Source: a virus (Duplodnaviria > Caudoviricetes). Taken from it: DNA of 26,580 bases. Below are positions 1-9,611 of this stretch, in pieces (position 1 is the first letter of the stretch; every line of letters begins with the position of its first letter). The notes under the pieces are model-generated. The model saw only the letters and a list, made by a program, of their open reading frames with translations. It was not told the DNA's origin and did not search any database. The position numbers were made by a program, and so were the translations under genes. The stretch is taken from positions 1 to 26,580 of IMG/VR virus record IMGVR_UViG_3300048894_000070. One strand, 5' to 3'.

Positions 1-2415
1 CCCGCCGAGGAGACCGCCGCCGGCAAAGCCGGAGCCGCCGCCGCCGTCGGGGCTCGTCGAACCGCCACCGCCAAGGCCCAGCGCTCCCAGCATCGCGTTC
101 CATTTGTCGACAATCCACTGCCAGGCGTTAGCGACCGGCGTCGTGACCCACTCGGTGATCGCCTGCATGGCAGCGCTGGCCGCACTTTTGACGCCCTCGA
201 TAGCGGCGTTGAAACTGTCGACAATCCACTGCCAGGCGTTAGCGACCGGCGTCGTGACCCAATCCGTGATGAATTGCTTAACCGCATCGGCCCCGGACTT
301 AATCGCCTCCCAGGCAGCGGACGCAGCCTGCGTGATCTGCGGCCAGTAGATGATGATCGCAGCCAGGGCGGCGGCGACGGCTACAAGTCCGGAAATGAGG
401 CCGGCAATGGTCGCCGCGGACAAGCCAAACGCAGCGCCGACAGTCGCAATCGCCGTGCCGACCAGCCCGATTGCGGTGGCGATACCCGTGAACGCCACGC
501 CGGCAATCACGGCCGCCGCCGCGAACGTATGCAATCCACCGGTCAATTGCCCGATGATGACAAGTGCCGCGATATCGGTGCCGGTCAATCCCGTCCCAAA
601 TACTTTGTTGATAGCGGTAGCGACGCCTTGCGCAGCCTGACCGAGCAGTACCAGTCCGCTAATGATAAGCTGGATCGTTCCCGGGATTTGCGCCCCGATT
701 GTTTCGAGCCCCTTGATGATAGGCTGGAATATCGGCGACTGCACAATGGCCTGCCGGATCGTCGCGATGGCAACAATCGCGGAGGCCTTGAACAGCTCCC
801 AGGCACTGCCCCAGTCACCACGCACCAAAGCCTCGCCAGCCTGCCGAAACCCGTTGATCGCGTTAGGGATCAACGCGAGCACGGCGTTGATGCCGTCCTT
901 GATCTGATCCCAGAACAGCACCACCAGCGCGACCAGCGGGATCAGGATCGGGCCGAAGCCGGCAAACAGCGATATCAGCGCGGTGATCGGCGACAGCACA
1001 AAAGCGATGCCCTTGAACGCAACCGCCAGTGCGGTGACGGCCGCCGCGAGCGCGATGAAGAAGGCGATCGCCTGCTCCGATGTGACGTCCCCGAGACCGG
1101 AGGCGAATTCCTTGATCGTCGCCATCAAGCTCTGCCCGGCCGGGACCAGGACATCGTTCCAGATGCTGCTCAATTGGTTACCGAGCGCAGCGAGGATCTT
1201 GAACGTGGTTTCCGCCGGCGATTCGCCGAGATCCTTAAAAAATCCTTCCTTGCCCGCAGTCGAGAGCCCGAGCCAGGTCTTGAGCAGCTCGCGCGAGCCG
1301 TCGACCAGTTGCGTCAGCCATTCTGTCTTAGTCAGTTGGCCGCTAAGAAATACGCCGCCGATCTGATCCCTGGTGGCGCGGATTGCGTTGCCCAGGTCCG
1401 TCCACGCATCCTTGACCTTCTTCGCCGTCTCGATCTGCTCGGGCGTCATGTCGCGGTTGATCTTGCCGATCTCCGCGATCGATTTTCCCGTGAGGTCAAT
1501 CGGCTTGGTCGAGGCGGTGAGCACCTTGACCATGTCTTGCCAACTGTCGCCGAAGAATTTGACGCCGAGCGCGGCCTGCCTCGTGGTATCGGGAATCTTG
1601 CTGATCGCGGTCGCGATCTCCTGCATGATGGCGAGCTTGTCCCCCCCGCGCAGCGTATTGATGCTGACGCCGAGCTTGAGCAATTCGCTCACCGTTTTGG
1701 TCGTCTCCGTCCCGAGCTTGCTCATGGTGATGACGGTGGCAGTCGCGCCGTCTGCCGTTTTGAAAGTCTTGAAAACGCTGTCGAGTTCTTTCTGCACGTC
1801 ATCAAGGACGCTGATGGTCTTGCCCGCGCCTTTCTGAAAATCATCGAACGACAGGCCGGCGTCGGTGATGACCTTGCGCAGTTGGACCCACTGCTCGACC
1901 GTGATCTTGAGCTTGTCCGCCTGCTCGGCGATCTGCGAGCCGGTATCAGCCGCGCCCTTGGTCAGCGCTCCGGTAATGGCCGCCACGGCGCCGACGAGGC
2001 CGACGACGGCGAGCTTGAATGCGGTCGCGCTCGAAATGAGCCTGCTGGTGACGCCGGTAGAAGCGGCGGCCACCTGCTGCCCGGCCTGCGCCATCTGCGA
2101 CCCGACGTTCTGCGCGGCCTGGCCGACCTGATTGAGACCGGTTGCCACCGCAGTGGTTGCCTGGGTCCCTTGCTGCCCGAATGCGGAGGCCGCCCGCGCC
2201 AGCGCGAGGAATTGGTTGGCGAGCTGCGTGCCGGTAGTGACGAGACCATCGAGAGCCTGCTTGGCCTGCGCATATTTCTGCGGATCGACCTGGGTCTGCT
2301 TGGCCGCATCCTGGATCTGCTTAAAAGACTTCTGGCCGGCGTCGCCGAGCGCTTCGAGTTGCTTCTTAACCTCGTCGCCGCCGGTGAGCGTGATGCGCGT
2401 GCTGATGGTCGCCAT
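1..2415 (-). CDS. Tail tape measure protein (3' end runs off the window)
   Basis: Absent from the ORF track because it has no stop in the window. Starts MATISTRITLTGGDEVKKQLEALG, with the ATG overlapping the upstream stop (TAATG). About 805 codons, Ala/Gly/Ile-rich and helical, with Trp-periodic repeats (WVTTPVANAWQWIVD x2). Lies downstream of the tail chaperones. Confidence 0.92.
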   Translation of the reverse strand, partial: MATISTRITLTGGDEVKKQLEALGDAGQKSFKQIQDAAKQTQVDPQKYAQAKQALDGLVTTGTQLANQFLALARAASAFGQQGTQATTAVATGLNQVGQAAQNVGSQMAQAGQQVAAASTGVTSRLISSATAFKLAVVGLVGAVAAITGALTKGAADTGSQIAEQADKLKITVEQWVQLRKVITDAGLSFDDFQKGAGKTISVLDDVQKELDSVFKTFKTADGATATVITMSKLGTETTKTVSELLKLGVSINTLRGGDKLAIMQEIATAISKIPDTTRQAALGVKFFGDSWQDMVKVLTASTKPIDLTGKSIAEIGKINRDMTPEQIETAKKVKDAWTDLGNAIRATRDQIGGVFLSGQLTKTEWLTQLVDGSRELLKTWLGLSTAGKEGFFKDLGESPAETTFKILAALGNQLSSIWNDVLVPAGQSLMATIKEFASGLGDVTSEQAIAFFIALAAAVTALAVAFKGIAFVLSPITALISLFAGFGPILIPLVALVVLFWDQIKDGINAVLALIPNAINGFRQAGEALVRGDWGSAWELFKASAIVAIATIRQAIVQSPIFQPIIKGLETIGAQIPGTIQLIISGLVLLGQAAQGVATAINKVFGTGLTGTDIAALVIIGQLTGGLHTFAAAAVIAGVAFTGIATAIGLVGTAIATVGAAFGLSAATIAGLISGLVAVAAALAAIIIYWPQITQAASAAWEAIKSGADAVKQFITDWVTTPVANAWQWIVDSFNAAIEGVKSAASAAMQAITEWVTTPVANAWQWIVDKWNAMLGALGLGGGGSTSPDGGGGSGFAGGGLLGG
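105..261. repeat. 46-bp perfect direct repeat (105-150 and 216-261; 111-bp/37-aa period) inside the tape measure gene
   Basis: TGTCGACAATCCACTGCCAGGCGTTAGCGACCGGCGTCGTGACCCA occurs twice. Confidence 0.95.
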
Positions 2416-2936
2416 TAGCTCTTCATCCGCTGCTCGAAGAATTCAGCCACTTTGCCGGCAGCCTTGGCGAAGATACTCAGCAGGTTGAACCGCTTTCGGA
2501 TGGTCACCGCACGGACGCCGACGAACAGCGGACCGAGCTCCCGGTTGCTGGCATCAAACAGCAGCGGCGGCTTGCCGCGCACGTTCACGCTCACGAGCTT
2601 GCCGCCGTACTGCCGCGGCGAACGGACGCCGGCCTTGTTTCCGATTGGCAACCAGAGCAGCGGCTGCCCGCCGATATGGGCCCCGCGCTCGAACACGCCG
2701 GCAAAGGGCATCGTGTCGAAGATCAACGCCGCCGGGTCGCCGCCCTTGTTCGGGAACACCCGCGATTTCAGCGCCGCCTGCCAGCGTGCTGGAAAGCCGG
2801 CCGCCGCGATATTCGCCCGGCCCTCGGCAATCGCCAGCTTCGCCGCATCCTGGACGGCGCCGAGTTCGGCGGCCTCGATCTGCCGCTCGACCGCACCCCA
2901 GTCGACGGATTTCTCGCTCGAAAAGACGATCTGCAT
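2415..2936 (-). CDS. Putative tail completion/neck protein (DUF6441-like)
   Basis: 173-aa ORF translationally coupled to the tape measure gene; VFERGAHIGGQPLLWLPI motif resembles this family. Confidence 0.6.
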   Translation of the reverse strand: MQIVFSSEKSVDWGAVERQIEAAELGAVQDAAKLAIAEGRANIAAAGFPARWQAALKSRVFPNKGGDPAALIFDTMPFAGVFERGAHIGGQPLLWLPIGNKAGVRSPRQYGGKLVSVNVRGKPPLLFDASNRELGPLFVGVRAVTIRKRFNLLSIFAKAAGKVAEFFEQRMKS

Positions 2937-3013
2937 GTCAGATTGGCACGATTAAGCAAATGTTGGCGCGAAATTTCATGGCCAGAAGGCTGCGGCCGAG
3001 GTAGTCACTTGCC

Positions 3014-3238
3014 ATGCGTGCAGCCACCGTCCTTCCCCTAATCGCCTTCGCCCTCGGGGCTCTGTTCACCTATTTTACCGCAAGCTTCATTGGGGACTTA
3101 TTCCATATCAATTGGCTATCCCCGTGGGGGGTGGTGTGGCTGTTTTTCATCTGGCTTTTCTGGAGTGGAGCGTTTGTTAAGCCGATGCAGCAGACAATTG
3201 TGATAGATGAATTGAAGAGGCTGAACAGGCGCAAATAA
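3014..3238 (+). CDS. Small two-TM membrane protein, moron-like, opposite to the tail operon
   Basis: 74-aa ORF with two hydrophobic segments and a basic C-terminus; visibly AT-richer than its flanks; fills the gap between tail genes. Confidence 0.7.
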   Translation: MRAATVLPLIAFALGALFTYFTASFIGDLFHINWLSPWGVVWLFFIWLFWSGAFVKPMQQTIVIDELKRLNRRK

Positions 3239-3478
3239 TCAGCCGCTCAACTCCTTGAGCGCCTTCTCGACCGCGGTCTCGTCGCCCTGCGCGGCGACGT
3301 TGGCGACCACGAGATCGCTGGCCCGGTCGGCCCGATCCAATTGCTCGGCTAATTCGAGATAGGCGTCGAGCTGCCGCGGCGTGAGCCTCATTGCAGCGTC
3401 GGGCGAGAACCCGGTGCGCCGTCCGAGCGCGACGACGGCGAGGGCGAGGTTCGCGAGCGGATCTTGATCGGCTTTGCC
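3239..3478 (-). CDS. Tail assembly chaperone T-like ORF, probably reached by -1 frameshift (in-frame ATG at 3391 would give 50 aa)
   Basis: The -1 frame relative to 3388-3861 reads KADQDPLANLALAVVALGRRTGFSPDAAMRLTPRQLDAYLELAEQ...KELSG*; candidate shifty G_GCA_AAG at 3472-3478. Confidence 0.7.
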   Translation of the reverse strand, partial: GKADQDPLANLALAVVALGRRTGFSPDAAMRLTPRQLDAYLELAEQLDRADRASDLVVANVAAQGDETAVEKALKELSG

Positions 3479-3861
3479 CCTTCGCCCGTTCCACCGAGGA
3501 GGCCGGTCAGTGCCTCGACGAAGGAGCCGATCCCGTTTGGGAATGTCAGCCCGAAAATGACTTTGAGGAATTTCAATTGCTGCTCTGGCAATAGTCGCGC
3601 CGCGTGTGCCTCGTAAGTCTCATCGGCCAGGTGTCCGCAACCGGCAGCGATGATCGGCCCGACTGCCGCAGCGCAGCCCTCGATCAGGCGCGGCACGATG
3701 CTGTCGCCGAAGCCGCCGCCGAGCAGCGATCGCAACTCCGGGAAGCGCGCGATGATGGACGCGATCGCATCGACCGAGAGCCCGCGCACGGTAATCCTGT
3801 TCCCGTCGATCCACACAGATTCGACCGACGTAGCCGGCGCGATATCCAACAAGTCAGCCAT
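3388..3861 (-). CDS. Tail assembly chaperone (lambda gpG position)
   Basis: 157-aa ORF directly downstream of the major tail gene, with an overlapping -1 frame ORF at its 3' end. Confidence 0.8.
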   Translation of the reverse strand: MADLLDIAPATSVESVWIDGNRITVRGLSVDAIASIIARFPELRSLLGGGFGDSIVPRLIEGCAAAVGPIIAAGCGHLADETYEAHAARLLPEQQLKFLKVIFGLTFPNGIGSFVEALTGLLGGTGEGAKPIKIRSRTSPSPSSRSDGAPGSRPTLQ

Positions 3862-3869
3862 GGGACCAC

Positions 3870-4394
3870 CTATGCCGTCGCCGTTTCGTGAACGGTGAAG
3901 ATGCCGAAGGTGCCGTCGTCGGCCTTCTGCACCTCGGCTTCGATCTCGAGCTTCGAGAATTCATCGGAATCGGTGATGAAGCTAAAATCTCCGGTCGGAA
4001 TGACCGAGATCCGGCCGGTGTAGTCGACGTGCTGGCCGATGTCGTTGGTGCCTTCGACTTTGATGATCCCGGCCACCTCGGTTTTCTTGAACGCCGCCAC
4101 CGTGACGTTGCCGTCGGTATCCGTGCCCGTCTCACCGAGCGTGAAGATGGCCAGGTTCGGCCCGTTGATCTCATCGAGTGTCAGCTTGATGGTGGCGCCG
4201 GTTTGCGTGATGGCAGTGAAGTCCTTCACCTTGACGCCTTCGCGCGAGGAGAAGTGTTCCTTCTTCTCGACGGACGGCGACCACACGAACGCCGGTGCGT
4301 TGCCGAGATCGACGAAGTCGGCCGCGCCGTCTTCCTTGAACGACACGATGCCTTTGCCGATGTGGTAGTTCTGGATGCTCGGAGAGGCGGGCAT
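3870..4394 (-). CDS. Major tail tube protein
   Basis: 174 aa, beta-rich and acidic (YHIGKGIVSF...DLGNAPAF...EKKEHFSSREG); sits between the terminator-like gene and the chaperones. Confidence 0.8.
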   Translation of the reverse strand: MPASPSIQNYHIGKGIVSFKEDGAADFVDLGNAPAFVWSPSVEKKEHFSSREGVKVKDFTAITQTGATIKLTLDEINGPNLAIFTLGETGTDTDGNVTVAAFKKTEVAGIIKVEGTNDIGQHVDYTGRISVIPTGDFSFITDSDEFSKLEIEAEVQKADDGTFGIFTVHETATA

Positions 4395-4397
4395 TTT

Positions 4398-4841
4398 TTA
4401 GAGCTCCTCTATTTTCAGTGGGTACTTGAAGGTGAATTGCGCCTGCAGCGCGCCTTGCAGCGAGCGACCCCAGCCTCGATCCGTCCTGCAGCCGAGGTAA
4501 CGGATGTTGCCGTTGGTCCCGACGGTTGCCAGAAGCGCGGCATCGTTGAGAACTCGCTTGATCAGTTCGACCCGCAGCGTCGCCAGATCCGAACCGACCT
4601 CGTTGGACTGCTCGGCGATGATGATCTCCGGCGTCATCCGGACGACGTAGGGCCGGTTAGGTGGCCGCGACGAGCCGATGTCGACGTCGCCGTTGCTCTC
4701 CTCGTCGCCATCGAAGACGCTCGCCGCCGGCAGTTGATCGTCCGGGATGTCCGGATTGTTACGCTGCGCCCAGCGAATGTTTGGGATCGCCGCGACGAGT
4801 GCGACCAGCCGCTCGAGAATTTCCTCGCGCCGATCGGTCAT
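4398..4841 (-). CDS. Putative tail terminator protein
   Basis: 147 aa, starts MTDRREEILERL and has LPAASVFDGDE; immediately precedes the tail tube gene. Confidence 0.65.
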   Translation of the reverse strand: MTDRREEILERLVALVAAIPNIRWAQRNNPDIPDDQLPAASVFDGDEESNGDVDIGSSRPPNRPYVVRMTPEIIIAEQSNEVGSDLATLRVELIKRVLNDAALLATVGTNGNIRYLGCRTDRGWGRSLQGALQAQFTFKYPLKIEEL

Positions 4842-5182
4842 GACGCCGCGGCTTCCTTCAGCAGGAACAGCACCTCGCCCGCATCCTCGCCGTTTGGACT
4901 GCCGCGCAGTTCATACGATCGCACCGCCCAGGTCTTGCCATTGAAGGCGAGCGTCGCGCCGAGCCAGACGTCGCGCGTGATCCCCTTGGCGAAGAGCTCA
5001 TAGACCCGCGCGAACGCGCTCGGCCCCATGCTGCGCACCTCGGCGGCACCGGTGGAGGTGACGATCGCCAGCGGCTTGGCGCGGGTGTTGTCGATCACCG
5101 TGATCTCGGTGGTGCCCATAACCGCCGGCACGCCGAGCTCCGCATAAACCGGATCGAACAGCACGGCGCCGTAGTCGGTCAT
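4838..5182 (-). CDS. Head-tail joining/head closure protein
   Basis: 114-aa beta-rich ORF (LFDPVYAELGVPA...LAFNGKTWAV); ATGA-coupled on both sides. Confidence 0.65.
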   Translation of the reverse strand: MTDYGAVLFDPVYAELGVPAVMGTTEITVIDNTRAKPLAIVTSTGAAEVRSMGPSAFARVYELFAKGITRDVWLGATLAFNGKTWAVRSYELRGSPNGEDAGEVLFLLKEAAAS

Positions 5183-5871
5183 TCGCCGTCCCTTCTGAAG
5201 GCGAACGTGCCGATATCTTCGCGGCCGAGTTCGGTCTCGATGTTGCTTTCAGAGATCAGCGAAAAGCCGCAAGCCGAGAGCGCGAACACGAGCCCCTCAC
5301 GTGAAAAATACCAACAATGTTCTGTCGGCCTGTAGTGCTTCGATTCGAGCACATGCTCGGCATCGCGAAAGATCGGCAGCGACAGGAACAGCCACTCGCG
5401 GCAATTGGCGAGCAGCGACCGGAAGTCGGCGATGTGCTCGAGCACGTCCCACATCGTCATGGCCTGGAACGGCACGGCAAAGGGATCGACCCAGAGCATC
5501 GCATCCTTGAGCGATTTGACCGCCACTGGGTTGACGTCATAGCCGTAAGTCGTGCGCTGCAACCGCTTGCGCAGCTCGATGAACGCGCCGCAGCCGACGC
5601 CGATATCGATCAGCGTGCCGCGGAAGTGACGCTCGACGAAGTCGCACCGCGCCCGCGTGAGCGCCTGGCCAAGCGGCGTCAAGGCATACCCCGCATATTT
5701 GTCGAAGTAAGCTTGGCCGTAGGGCGCAAGCGCATCCTCGACCGGGTAGTAGCCGATGCCGAGCTGCGGCCACCAGGTCAGGCGGCCTGCTGCAAGCTCG
5801 TCGACCAGCGTTCGAACTGGCCCACGACGTCCGCAATGGCCTTGTCGCAGTTGTGCATCATATTCGTGCAT
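5179..5871 (-). CDS. Class I SAM-dependent methyltransferase (true start uncertain, probably downstream of 5871)
   Basis: Motif I LIDIGVGCG, YGYDVN and WDVLEHI. Confidence 0.85.
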   Translation of the reverse strand: MHEYDAQLRQGHCGRRGPVRTLVDELAAGRLTWWPQLGIGYYPVEDALAPYGQAYFDKYAGYALTPLGQALTRARCDFVERHFRGTLIDIGVGCGAFIELRKRLQRTTYGYDVNPVAVKSLKDAMLWVDPFAVPFQAMTMWDVLEHIADFRSLLANCREWLFLSLPIFRDAEHVLESKHYRPTEHCWYFSREGLVFALSACGFSLISESNIETELGREDIGTFAFRRDGE

Positions 5872-6662
5872 CGACAGAACTTCTCAGGCATCGCGAAACT
5901 GATCCGGCTCAGATCAAGCCGCGGATCGGTGATTTTTTCCGGCGCGTTGTGGCCGCCGTGCCCGCCCAGCACGACGAATGTTTTAGTTCGGAGCGCCAGC
6001 CCTGCCGGCACGATCCAGCCGACCCCGCCGACGATCACATCGGCCGCGCGCAGGAGCGCGACGAGCTCGCGGATGGAAAGTTCGCCGCGGATGAGATGGA
6101 AGTGCGCCGGCGGCAGATCCCCGACGAGCCATTCCTGCTCCGGGGCGAGGTCCGCAATGCAGATCACGGTGTGCGTCGCCATCAGCGCCGCCGCGATCGC
6201 TGCCACGTATTCCGGCCGCGGATTGCGCGCCTCGTTGCGCCACTCCGAGCGCACCGTCACCGGCCGAATGACGGCAATCGGGCCGCTGGCGATGTCGCAA
6301 CTGCCGGTCTCCGGCAGATCGAACAGGCTCGGATCGAACTCTACTCCCACAAGCTGATAGCGCCGCTCGAGCGCCTGGATAATCGACATCCGCCCCAGAT
6401 CGCCGCCGTAGGATACCGTGAATTCGCGCCGTATTGTCGGCGGGTTCGACCAGCGGCTCGCCGGCTGCCGCGCGATGTTCTTTTGCTGCGTCCGCAACCG
6501 CCGCGATCCGCAAACAAACCGAATGCCGAGATCCTCGTAGAGCTCCGGCCATGGCGTCTCCAGCCAGACGTCGTACCTGGCCGCCGCCGCGCGCACGAAC
6601 GGGCGCGAATAGATGTTGTCGCCGAGCCCCCACATCCCGCGGATCAGAAGCGGCCATCTCAA
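5778..6662 (-). CDS. GT-B glycosyltransferase, family 9 (heptosyltransferase)-like
   Basis: N-terminal LIRGMWGLGDNI; GELSIRELVALLRAADVIVGG...ALRTKTFVVLG. A TTG start overlapping the upstream TGA is assumed. Confidence 0.78.
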   Translation of the reverse strand: MRWPLLIRGMWGLGDNIYSRPFVRAAAARYDVWLETPWPELYEDLGIRFVCGSRRLRTQQKNIARQPASRWSNPPTIRREFTVSYGGDLGRMSIIQALERRYQLVGVEFDPSLFDLPETGSCDIASGPIAVIRPVTVRSEWRNEARNPRPEYVAAIAAALMATHTVICIADLAPEQEWLVGDLPPAHFHLIRGELSIRELVALLRAADVIVGGVGWIVPAGLALRTKTFVVLGGHGGHNAPEKITDPRLDLSRISFAMPEKFCRCTNMMHNCDKAIADVVGQFERWSTSLQQAA

Positions 6663-7294
6663 GCGGCAGCCCGCGCATCCAGAACATCCTGCAAGCTCAC
6701 GACCGGCCATAGGTCGCCATAGGCACTGCCCGGGCTTGCGTTGAGCAGCGAAACGCCCATGCGCCGCAACGGCTCGGCCATGGCGGCGATGTCGATGCGG
6801 TGGAGTTCATATCGTTGCGGCTTCGGCCCCCAGCGATGCGGCTTGTGGTGCCACACCGTGCCGTCTGCTGCGGCCCGGCCGTCGGCGCCGAGCCAGACGA
6901 TGGCTCCGCCCGGCCCGACCAGATGCGCGGCAAGGTTCGTCGCCGCGGTTAGGGACGTCCACTTCTGCACGAGGGTATCGCGCGCCGTCGCCAATCCCGG
7001 CGGCTTGCCCTTGCGGCAGACCAGCACGTTCTTGTTCTCGACGATCTGCGAGACCGTGACGACGCGACCGGCGAAGGCTGCAACCGCGGCGGCGTTCTCC
7101 GGCTCGTTCCACCAGCGCCAATCGCCGAAGTAGAGAAAATCGGCCCACGGCGCAGCGTAGACGCTCGAATTGATGACGATGACCTTGCGGGAGCGCAGTT
7201 GTTCGAGGTCGACCGAGCGCACCGACGGCCCGCCGGCGATGATGAACACCGTCTCGCCCGGCCACTGACACGGCACTGTCCAGAACGTCGTCAT
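6659..7294 (-). CDS. Putative glycosyltransferase of the CstII/Maf_flag10 (DUF115)-like fold
   Basis: TVFIIAGGPS...VIVIN...ADFLYFGD...IVWLGAD...LLNASPGS. ATG at 7294 overlaps the upstream stop. Confidence 0.7.
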   Translation of the reverse strand: MTTFWTVPCQWPGETVFIIAGGPSVRSVDLEQLRSRKVIVINSSVYAAPWADFLYFGDWRWWNEPENAAAVAAFAGRVVTVSQIVENKNVLVCRKGKPPGLATARDTLVQKWTSLTAATNLAAHLVGPGGAIVWLGADGRAAADGTVWHHKPHRWGPKPQRYELHRIDIAAMAEPLRRMGVSLLNASPGSAYGDLWPVVSLQDVLDARAAA

Positions 7295-7923
7295 GCGACC
7301 GACATCCGCCGGTAGGGCCGGATCAGATCCATCACGGCCGCGGACAGATAGCCCGACGATCCCGAGGACAACGACGGCGAGAAGTAACTGACGCGGGTGT
7401 CGCCGTGCTGCACTTCCTGAATGCTGCGATCCCGCGTGCCCGATGCCCGTGTGGCATTGACCGCGTCGATCGTCGCGCGAGAGAGCCTTGCCGGCGCCTC
7501 CTCGGGCAGATCGTAGCCGCCGGAATAGGTGACCGAGATGGTCCCCGACCACGGCCCGCCCCATAACCGCCCGCTGGTCGGATCGAACTCGTAGTCGCCC
7601 TGCGCGCCGTCGACCGAAAGGATCTCGAGGACGGGATAGAGCTTCAGCACCAAGGCCTGTCGCTGCAGCGTCGTCTCGCCCCGGTGCCAGCCTTGTGCGG
7701 CAGCGCATTGATCGAACGTGAATGTCTCCAATGCCTCGGCCCGCCCGAACCGCCGGTCGCAATACTCTGCAATGATGCGTGATTGAAAGGTGATGGATGC
7801 CTGCAGCGCCGCGTCCTGACTGCTATCCGTAATGCCGAGCGCCAGTTTCAGATCGGCCAGGCTGATCAGGTCCGGGCCCGCGCCGCTGGTCGCTTCGTCG
7901 AGGATGCGGAAAATCGAATGCAT
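7291..7923 (-). CDS. Head-tail connector/adaptor (HK97 gp6-like)
   Basis: LISLADLKLALGI..D..QDAALQ...IAEYCDRRF; C-terminal LIRPYRR. Start at ATG 7923. Confidence 0.82.
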   Translation of the reverse strand: MHSIFRILDEATSGAGPDLISLADLKLALGITDSSQDAALQASITFQSRIIAEYCDRRFGRAEALETFTFDQCAAAQGWHRGETTLQRQALVLKLYPVLEILSVDGAQGDYEFDPTSGRLWGGPWSGTISVTYSGGYDLPEEAPARLSRATIDAVNATRASGTRDRSIQEVQHGDTRVSYFSPSLSSGSSGYLSAAVMDLIRPYRRMSVA

Positions 7924-7924
7924 A

Positions 7925-8221
7925 TTACAGCAGCTTGTTGATCGAGGTTTCGACCGCGCCTTGCAACGCCTCGTCGGTGATCGGCGCGCCGCCCGCCGTC
8001 TGCACCGCATCGTCGTTGACGACGCTCGCAATGCAATTCTGCACCGCGATCTCGGGGGCGATCAGCGTCTGTTGCGCCCACCTGGTCCTGGTGCTGTGCG
8101 CGGGCGTAGTGCTCGGCTCATCGACGATGTAGTTCGCGAAGTGAACGCAAGCGACCGAGACGCGCCCACGAAAGACCGCGTCCTTGCTCAAATTGAACGT
8201 CTCCTCATAGGTCATAGCCAC
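7925..8221 (-). CDS. Hypothetical virion-module protein (~98 aa)
   Basis: GGAGAG RBS before GTG 8221/ATG 8215; packs tightly between its neighbours. Confidence 0.7.
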   Translation of the reverse strand: MAMTYEETFNLSKDAVFRGRVSVACVHFANYIVDEPSTTPAHSTRTRWAQQTLIAPEIAVQNCIASVVNDDAVQTAGGAPITDEALQGAVETSINKLL

Positions 8222-9611
8222 TGCGTCTCTCCAATCCTGCAACGCGCTTCCGCAACGCCTTGATTTCCTGCAACAGCAGCGGCACGAATTTACTGTAGTC
8301 AACGCCCCACAAGTCGAGGTCTTCGGCATGAGTGACTGCCTCGGGGAAGACCTCGATCAGTTCCTGTGCGACGACGCCGTGTGCCCGATTGCCGGTACTC
8401 TTCCAGGCGAAGTCATAGACCTCAAGCGCATCGATCATTGGCCCGGCGTCAAAGCATTTGAGATCGGTCTTTAGACGGCCATCGCTGCTCGTATTGAAAG
8501 AAGTGGCCGATGCAGAACAGGTGATGTTGCCGACGCCTGCAACTGCCGCATTGTAAAACAACATGGCATAATAGGAATCCTGGGTGGGCTTGGTGGTTAT
8601 GGCGCCAATGTATCGAGAAACATCGAAATTAATGTTAAGCAGTCCATTGGCGGCCGGCGAACCAGCGCCGAGCTGCGTCGACCCAACTCCTGGGTTTAAA
8701 TAGATTGTGCCGCTGGCGCGATTGATCTGCAGCGGCGTGCCAACATACGCCCCGGCATCGTTGTAGCGCGCAATCTCGAAATCAGATCCCGTATTACTAC
8801 CGGTCTCTGGCGTGGCGTTGGCGAGATTGAACCCCCAGCGCGCATTGTTTCCAGTGTAGCTGTAAAAATTACATTCCGATCCGCCGGCTGCTTTGTGCAA
8901 CTGGAAAGCGACACTCCCTGACGTCGGATATTGTACCAGAACGTTCTTGTTGAACGTGCCGCCACTCGTCCACGCTGCGTTCGTTCGTCCATAAAAGTAC
9001 CCGTCACTCGGCGCGTCGACGAGATAGCCCTGCGCCTTCACGAACGCGGTGGTGGCGATGCTGGTGTCGTTGTCACTCGTTGACGGCGTCGGCGCTTTCG
9101 GATCGCCGGTCAGCACCGGGCTCGCGAGAGGAGCGTAGGCTGACAGATCAATCGACAGTGTGCCGTCGGTCAGCGTCAGCGGCGGGTTGGCGGTCGCAAC
9201 GCCGGCATCACCCGGCGGACCTTGCGGCCCGGGGCTGCCGGTCGGCCCCTGCGGGCCAGGAGCTCCCGGATCGCCCTGCGGCCCCTCCGGGCCGGTTGCA
9301 CCGTCCACGCCAGCCGGTCCGGTCGGGCCCTGCGGGCCTTGCGCGCCATCCGCTCCAGCGGGGCCGGGGTCACCCTGCGGGCCCGCCGGCCCCGGTTCGC
9401 CCTGCGGGCCTGGAGGACCGGGCGGCCCTGGTTCGCCCGAGCCACTGGAATCGCCAGCGCCGCCGCCGCCGCCGGCCGCATCGACTCCCTTCAGCGTCTT
9501 CTCATCGACGAACTGCGCGAACTGGCCTTTGGTCGGCTTGCCGCTGATCTCGGCATATGTCGGCGGGGCTTTCCGCGCCCGCAGTATCAGTTGCTCGGCC
9601 GGTCCGTACAT
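8205..9611 (-). CDS. Collagen-like fibre protein with C-terminal intramolecular chaperone (peptidase S74-type)
   Basis: Long G-X-Y run; [16 protein letters not shown] fibre repeat; SDGRLK cleavage motif, [17 protein letters not shown] and a terminal coiled coil. Confidence 0.88.
   Translation of the reverse strand: MYGPAEQLILRARKAPPTYAEISGKPTKGQFAQFVDEKTLKGVDAAGGGGGAGDSSGSGEPGPPGPPGPQGEPGPAGPQGDPGPAGADGAQGPQGPTGPAGVDGATGPEGPQGDPGAPGPQGPTGSPGPQGPPGDAGVATANPPLTLTDGTLSIDLSAYAPLASPVLTGDPKAPTPSTSDNDTSIATTAFVKAQGYLVDAPSDGYFYGRTNAAWTSGGTFNKNVLVQYPTSGSVAFQLHKAAGGSECNFYSYTGNNARWGFNLANATPETGSNTGSDFEIARYNDAGAYVGTPLQINRASGTIYLNPGVGSTQLGAGSPAANGLLNINFDVSRYIGAITTKPTQDSYYAMLFYNAAVAGVGNITCSASATSFNTSSDGRLKTDLKCFDAGPMIDALEVYDFAWKSTGNRAHGVVAQELIEVFPEAVTHAEDLDLWGVDYSKFVPLLLQEIKALRKRVAGLERRSGYDL

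Noticed and set aside
274-2418. 714-aa plus-strand ORF and other long plus-strand ORFs across 1-22700
   Set aside because: Antisense shadows of well-supported minus-strand genes in high-GC DNA; no recognisable motifs.
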